Assembly: GCA_027262695.1 (NCBI GenBank)
Contig: GCA_027262695.1_4722.1
Reading direction: 5' to 3' (one strand)
Origin: a phage
DNA length: 64,000 nt
Part shown: in pieces, positions 59,737-64,000 of the stretch
How positions within the stretch are numbered: position 1 is the first letter of the stretch
How the letters are laid out: each line of letters starts with the position of its first letter
Translations under genes and position numbers: made by a program
The notes under the pieces: model-generated
Seen by the model: the letters and a program-made list of their open reading frames with translations, nothing else
Told to the model about the DNA's origin: nothing
The model's database searches: none

Positions 59737-61257
59737 TTACACCTCGCTAATCTGGATAACGTAAAGCTGCTGGGCCACGTAATCGGTGGTCAGATGCATC
59801 GTTGCGATCGTTGCAGCTTCGAAAACGGTAAGCTCCGGACGTTCGCGCATGATCAAATCGATCTCGTCGATCAAACGGTTAACGCCCTGGGCGTCTTCAT
59901 GATGCATGACTTTGACGTATAGCGTACGGAAGTATTGCTGGAAGTTAGCCACGTCGGTATCGGTCAGATTAGCCACTTCACCACGCACGATTTCCAACAC
60001 TTTCTTACGGGTGTCTTCATCAAGGTCTACCGTAATCAAATCAGCAAATACGCCTTGCAGCGCCAACGCGTATGCGCGTAAGCGGTTTGCAGCTTGCTGG
60101 CTGGCTTTCATGTTAATATAATTACGATAGTGCTGCATGAAGCCTGCACCGTTCGCTAACAGTTCATCTTTGCTGATGAGTTCACGTTCCAACAGAACCG
60201 CTGCGGTTAATGCTTCTGGTGATCCACCTTCTTGCAGATAACTCATGTAGACGTCAGCATTCACGAAGATCGTCATCGTTGATGCATCTTCGGCGCGTTG
60301 AATCTGAGACACGGATGGCGCAGAAAGAATCAGTTCGCCACGCTCCATACGCAGGATACGATCACGACCAATACGTGCCATCCCGTTGATCGCTGCACTA
60401 CGGGCCTGTTGCATCTTCGCACGATAGTTCTCGAGCATCATGTCGTTACCGTCCTGGATATCTTCCAGTAGGTTAACCGCCCACATATAGCAGAGGAAAG
60501 CCGGTGTTGCAGCAGCACGTGAACCCTGGAAGGCGACGTTGTCGCTATCTGGATACGTGATCAGGAAAACGTTGTTGGTAGCGGACGCCGAACCACGGAA
60601 GAAATGATTGTAAATATCTTCCAGTGCTTGATCGCTCATTCCTTCGGTCGCTTGCTGTACGAAACGATCCAGGTTTTCATTACCGGTATACAACAAATTG
60701 CGGAGTTTGTCGCCGGTGATATAAGCCAGCTTCTCGGTTGGGGTAAATTCATTGTTAACATCGATCAGGCCGTTAAGGTTATACTCGCCCACCAACGCCT
60801 GATATTCTTCAGAGTTATAAAACTCAGGATAGTAACTCAAACTTACTGTCGGGATCAGTTTAGGTGCCAGGATGATCGCGTCGATGCGTTTCTCCAGTTC
60901 CGGGTACAAGGCACGGCATTTCGGCAGGATGGTATTACGTGCCAGCTCTTTGGCATACACCACCTTTTCCACCACGTCTTGAACTGCGGTCTGTAGAACT
61001 TCATCATGGATATAAACCTCGCGTTCACCAGCAGGTCGTACGGCACCGTCCTCGGTTTCATCAAGGGTTTCAGCGACCATCACACGCTCAGCACTCAGCT
61101 GTACTAACGCATCAGCATCTTCTGGCGGTTGGTTCCAATGCATGGTTTCACAAACCGCAGCAAGCGGGGTACCTGGAATTGCTGCAACGATTTGATTGCG
61201 TTTAATAAACCCTTCAACGATCGGCTCAACAGCATAAACGGTTTTATTGGTAATCAT
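59737..61257 (-). CDS. hypothetical protein (506 aa)
   Basis: ORF on the dominant strand. Confidence 0.5.
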   Translation of the reverse strand: MITNKTVYAVEPIVEGFIKRNQIVAAIPGTPLAAVCETMHWNQPPEDADALVQLSAERVMVAETLDETEDGAVRPAGEREVYIHDEVLQTAVQDVVEKVVYAKELARNTILPKCRALYPELEKRIDAIILAPKLIPTVSLSYYPEFYNSEEYQALVGEYNLNGLIDVNNEFTPTEKLAYITGDKLRNLLYTGNENLDRFVQQATEGMSDQALEDIYNHFFRGSASATNNVFLITYPDSDNVAFQGSRAAATPAFLCYMWAVNLLEDIQDGNDMMLENYRAKMQQARSAAINGMARIGRDRILRMERGELILSAPSVSQIQRAEDASTMTIFVNADVYMSYLQEGGSPEALTAAVLLERELISKDELLANGAGFMQHYRNYINMKASQQAANRLRAYALALQGVFADLITVDLDEDTRKKVLEIVRGEVANLTDTDVANFQQYFRTLYVKVMHHEDAQGVNRLIDEIDLIMRERPELTVFEAATIATMHLTTDYVAQQLYVIQISEV

Positions 61258-61490
61258 TACTGCGCTCCCTCCAACGCGTTATTACGTACCGGCTCTTTGG
61301 TTTCCAGACGGCTGTTCAAGCGCGCAGCAACCGCATCTTCCAATCCCAACGGCATAACCTTTTTATTCACATCAGGATCCGCTGCATCGTTACCGACGGT
61401 CTGACGGACGACCTCAGCAACCAACGTTACCGCGTTCGTCAGCGCAACAAAGCTCGCTGCCCGAGCCGTATTAAGTTGTTCTTGGTTCAT
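61257..61490 (-). CDS. hypothetical protein (77 aa)
   Basis: Small ORF, ATGA-coupled to the downstream gene. Confidence 0.4.
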   Translation of the reverse strand: MNQEQLNTARAASFVALTNAVTLVAEVVRQTVGNDAADPDVNKKVMPLGLEDAVAARLNSRLETKEPVRNNALEGAQ

Positions 61491-61524
61491 TCACTTTTCC
61501 TTTACCACGTTCAGCGAAATAAAT

Positions 61525-61550
61525 GAGCAGGGGCATAACGCCCCTTGCTC
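61525..61550 (-). terminator. Hairpin GAGCAGGGGC / GCCCCTTGCTC
   Basis: Immediately downstream of the beta gene stop at 61551, followed on the minus strand by a T-rich tract. Confidence 0.5.
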
Positions 61551-62696
61551 TTATTTGGCTTCGTTAAAATAAATATCAACGGCACGTTCCGTTGCGTAGA
61601 GAAGACCCAGATTCACGGTCCCTACCACTTCCGGTGAACCGATGATACGGTTAGCGATACTGGTGCCACTGAAGATAGCATCAAGGGTGTGCCCGTCTTC
61701 GGTTTTGTTCACACCATGACCCACGGAAGAGACAACGGATTTTGCCTGTGCTGCGAAGGTACCTTTATCCCCCATTCCCGCACCCAGGTCGTAACGCATG
61801 AAAATACGGATGGCGATCTGGTTCTCGCCTAACGGATTACCGTCTATTCTCACGTTACTGTTGTTGATGCGTCCCGTTGTTGCTTCGTTGAGTTTCAGTT
61901 CCTTAACGCGTTTAGCTCGCGCTTTATCCGCTTCACCCACAAGTGCTGCCATGGTTTCACTCATGTCTTCAATCTGGGCACGATACAACACATCGATCTG
62001 TACGACTTCACCATGCACGTCAGCCCGTGGGTTATACTGACTCATACGGCGTAACGCTTCAACCGCTTCCTGACTTTCATCGCTCAGATCGGTCGCAATC
62101 GGTTCTTCCAGTGTTGCCAGGATCGTCCGAGGTTCAACATGATCGCCGATTTTCACCAAACCACGAATGTTGAGATGAGCGTCAACAATGAGCGTACGAC
62201 TCTTAATCGATGGTGTTACGAGACGATCAGCGAGATTGTCGAAGATATACGAACTGTCCTCGTGCGTTTCTGGAATATCCAAAATACCAACCAAAGACAG
62301 AACGCCTGCGCGCCAAACCACCTGACCTGGGTTCCACCAATCCCGTTTGAAATAAAGACGATGGAATACCACTACATCCTGATCCTTAACGCGATCACCA
62401 ACTTTATAATCGGTAATGAGATCGTGAGGATAATACTTACCTGGTCCTTTCCCGATTATCGTACCGAGTTGGAAAACCTCTTCCCCTAATTCTGGATCGT
62501 CGTATTGTATCGTAAGCGCTGTTTTGGTGACCTTCTTCACAACACCATCGCCTTGAGCAGCTGCTGCGAAGAGTTTACCAACACGATGCGCGATAACAGT
62601 CTCACCACCTGTACGCCATGGTTGTACGTCGTAACCTTCAGCAGCTATCATGCGGTTGTGCTGTATACCTATAAATACGAGACGCTTTGGCGAAAT
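61551..62696 (-). CDS. RNAP beta subunit fragment, downstream exon (5' boundary approximate)
   Basis: The frame opened upstream of the annotated Met reads 'RLVFIGIQHNRMIAAEGYDVQPW' (cf. beta '[25 protein letters not shown]'); also 'HEDSSYIF' (cf. NFEDSI) and 'GAGMGDKGTFAAQA' (cf. [13 protein letters not shown]). Confidence 0.55.
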   Translation of the reverse strand: MSPKRLVFIGIQHNRMIAAEGYDVQPWRTGGETVIAHRVGKLFAAAAQGDGVVKKVTKTALTIQYDDPELGEEVFQLGTIIGKGPGKYYPHDLITDYKVGDRVKDQDVVVFHRLYFKRDWWNPGQVVWRAGVLSLVGILDIPETHEDSSYIFDNLADRLVTPSIKSRTLIVDAHLNIRGLVKIGDHVEPRTILATLEEPIATDLSDESQEAVEALRRMSQYNPRADVHGEVVQIDVLYRAQIEDMSETMAALVGEADKARAKRVKELKLNEATTGRINNSNVRIDGNPLGENQIAIRIFMRYDLGAGMGDKGTFAAQAKSVVSSVGHGVNKTEDGHTLDAIFSGTSIANRIIGSPEVVGTVNLGLLYATERAVDIYFNEAK

Positions 62697-63208
62697 CCAG
62701 CAAAATACAATTACTGTGCGTCTAGATTGTTCAGATAAGGTCGTTAATCTTATCCCGGTGGTGATGATAGGTGCATCACCAACCCGCTTGCGCTCTCACG
62801 CAAGAGCAGACTATATCACATCTCGTTTCAAACGGTGCTTCTTCAGCGCCTCAACGAGAGTTCACTTCTTCCCAGCGCATCCAGCGCCATTCTCTTATCC
62901 AAGGAGAATGCCTCACTCGAGGGGTACAGGGGGATGAATCCCTTAGTCGTTGAACCGTCACCCTAGAACGTTTCACAACGATCCTTAGGCGATTGGCTGC
63001 GGATTGTCCTTAAGCTATTATCTGTTTTATAACCATACCGTCTTTCTTTTCAGAATCCGTTTTGGTCGATAACAGCGATGGATGTCTTCGCAATTCAGTG
63101 AATCTCATCTACATGTCGCCATATAGACGGACCCTGCTATTAAAAGCGTTAATCATCTCTGTCGGCAGCAGGTACTGCAAGTGCCGATGTACTCATTATT
63201 GACGAGCT
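62697..63208 (-). ncRNA. ORF-less group I intron in the RNAP beta gene (boundaries approximate)
   Basis: Minus-strand P AATAGCAGGGT (63131-63141), Q AATCCGCAGC (62996-63005), R GGTTCAACGACTAAGG (62941-62956), S GATATAGTC (62809-62817), then three P9-like hairpins (CTTGCG/CGCAAG, GGTGATG/CATCACC, GATAAG/CTTATC). It separates two in-frame beta segments. Confidence 0.6.
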
Positions 63209-64000
63209 ACCATCCGTTTTCTCGTCGTAAGGTTTTGTTTCACCGTATACAGACACGATGTTTGCGTTAGGTGCAAGATAAGCAGAGATACCTACATCGC
63301 CACTGTCCTTCGTACCTTCAGATACCACACCGATGTCTGACTTGTCGTATTCACGATCGCGTGCGCGTCGAAGCGATGTTTTCGAACGACCCCCGATACC
63401 GGTCATCGTTGCTTCTTCACCCTGCTTGATATCCAACATCGGGTTGGTTTCATCGATGACAATAGAAGCACTGTCGTCAAGGATTTGGTTCCAAACGCTC
63501 ACCGGACTGATTGAGATCTTCTGTCGGTTGCCTTGGCTGCTGTTCTCGTTTTGACGAATAGCACCAACCAGATCCTTATACACCAACTCAGCGAACTTAT
63601 CGTACGTTTTGAAGCGCTGGTAGTTCACATCGTTCGTGTTCGGTGCCCAATCATCCAGAAGCAGTTCAACAGCACGTAATAACAACATGGCGAAATCAGT
63701 CGGTTCACCCATGTTCTGCAATAATGTACGACTTACCGGGTCGACGAAAAGACGCTCCATGAGTTCAAGTTCGCGAAGATGACGAACCTTAAGACCTGCA
63801 CCATCGACAACGTTAAAATAGATATCCCGATTGTCAAAAGCGCCGCGAGCGTAACCGATGTAATTACGGTATTCGTTAAATCCACCCAACAACAATGTCG
63901 TCATTCGATCATCTTTACTGAAGATCAAACTTTCATCGTCGAAGCTTACCGCGAATTCATCCGATGCTAAGCCCATACGAGAACCACGAACTACCGTACG
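63209..64000 (-). CDS. RNAP beta subunit fragment, upstream exon (5'-partial; continues beyond the window)
   Basis: 'GIGGRSKTSLRRARDREYDKSDIGVVSEGTKDSGDVGISAYLAPNANIVSVYGETKPYDEKTDG' aligns with E. coli beta '[64 protein letters not shown]'. The frame is open to nt 64000; after 'KTDG' it runs into the intron and stops at 63149. Confidence 0.6.

Noticed and set aside
63149-63208. The tail 'SSSIMSTSALAVPAADRDD' of the beta upstream ORF as coding
   Set aside because: It sits between the predicted 5' splice site and the intron P element and has no beta similarity; likely intronic read-through to the first in-frame stop.
1-64000. CRISPR arrays, rRNA, tRNA, transposases or integrases
   Set aside because: No regularly spaced direct repeats, no T-loop-like GGTTCGAATCC motifs in a tRNA context, and no recognisable transposase or integrase motifs were seen by eye; a tRNA scan was not run, so small tRNAs cannot be excluded.

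Overview
This 64 kb window reads as a segment of a phiKZ-like, nucleus-forming jumbo phage (Chimalliviridae-type), about 48% GC and densely packed with genes mostly on the minus strand. All calls are from reading the sequence and ORF track by eye; no database search or RNA-folding computation was run. The strongest signals are selfish genetic elements inside core enzyme genes. Three ORF-less group I intron cores, each with P, Q, R and S elements, interrupt split multisubunit RNA polymerase genes: two in tandem inside the beta-prime N-terminal gene at its catalytic Asp motif, and one in a beta gene. A class-3-like intein (Ala1, Trp/Cys/Thr triad, 229 aa) splits the Walker A motif of an SF2 DExH helicase. 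Other recognisable genes are a PhuZ tubulin homologue, a 632 aa candidate chimallin (nuclear shell) gene directly upstream of the beta-prime N-terminal gene, RNAP beta and beta-prime fragments that imply two phage RNAPs, a large terminase, an Mre11/SbcD-like nuclease, a candidate sheath/tube pair, and a 5'-truncated BspA-type repeat protein. A family of GC-rich CCTCCC/GGGAGG hairpin terminators and a shared 11-mer upstream of two genes are also noted. No CRISPR array, rRNA or tRNA was recognised. Most remaining ORFs are hypothetical.
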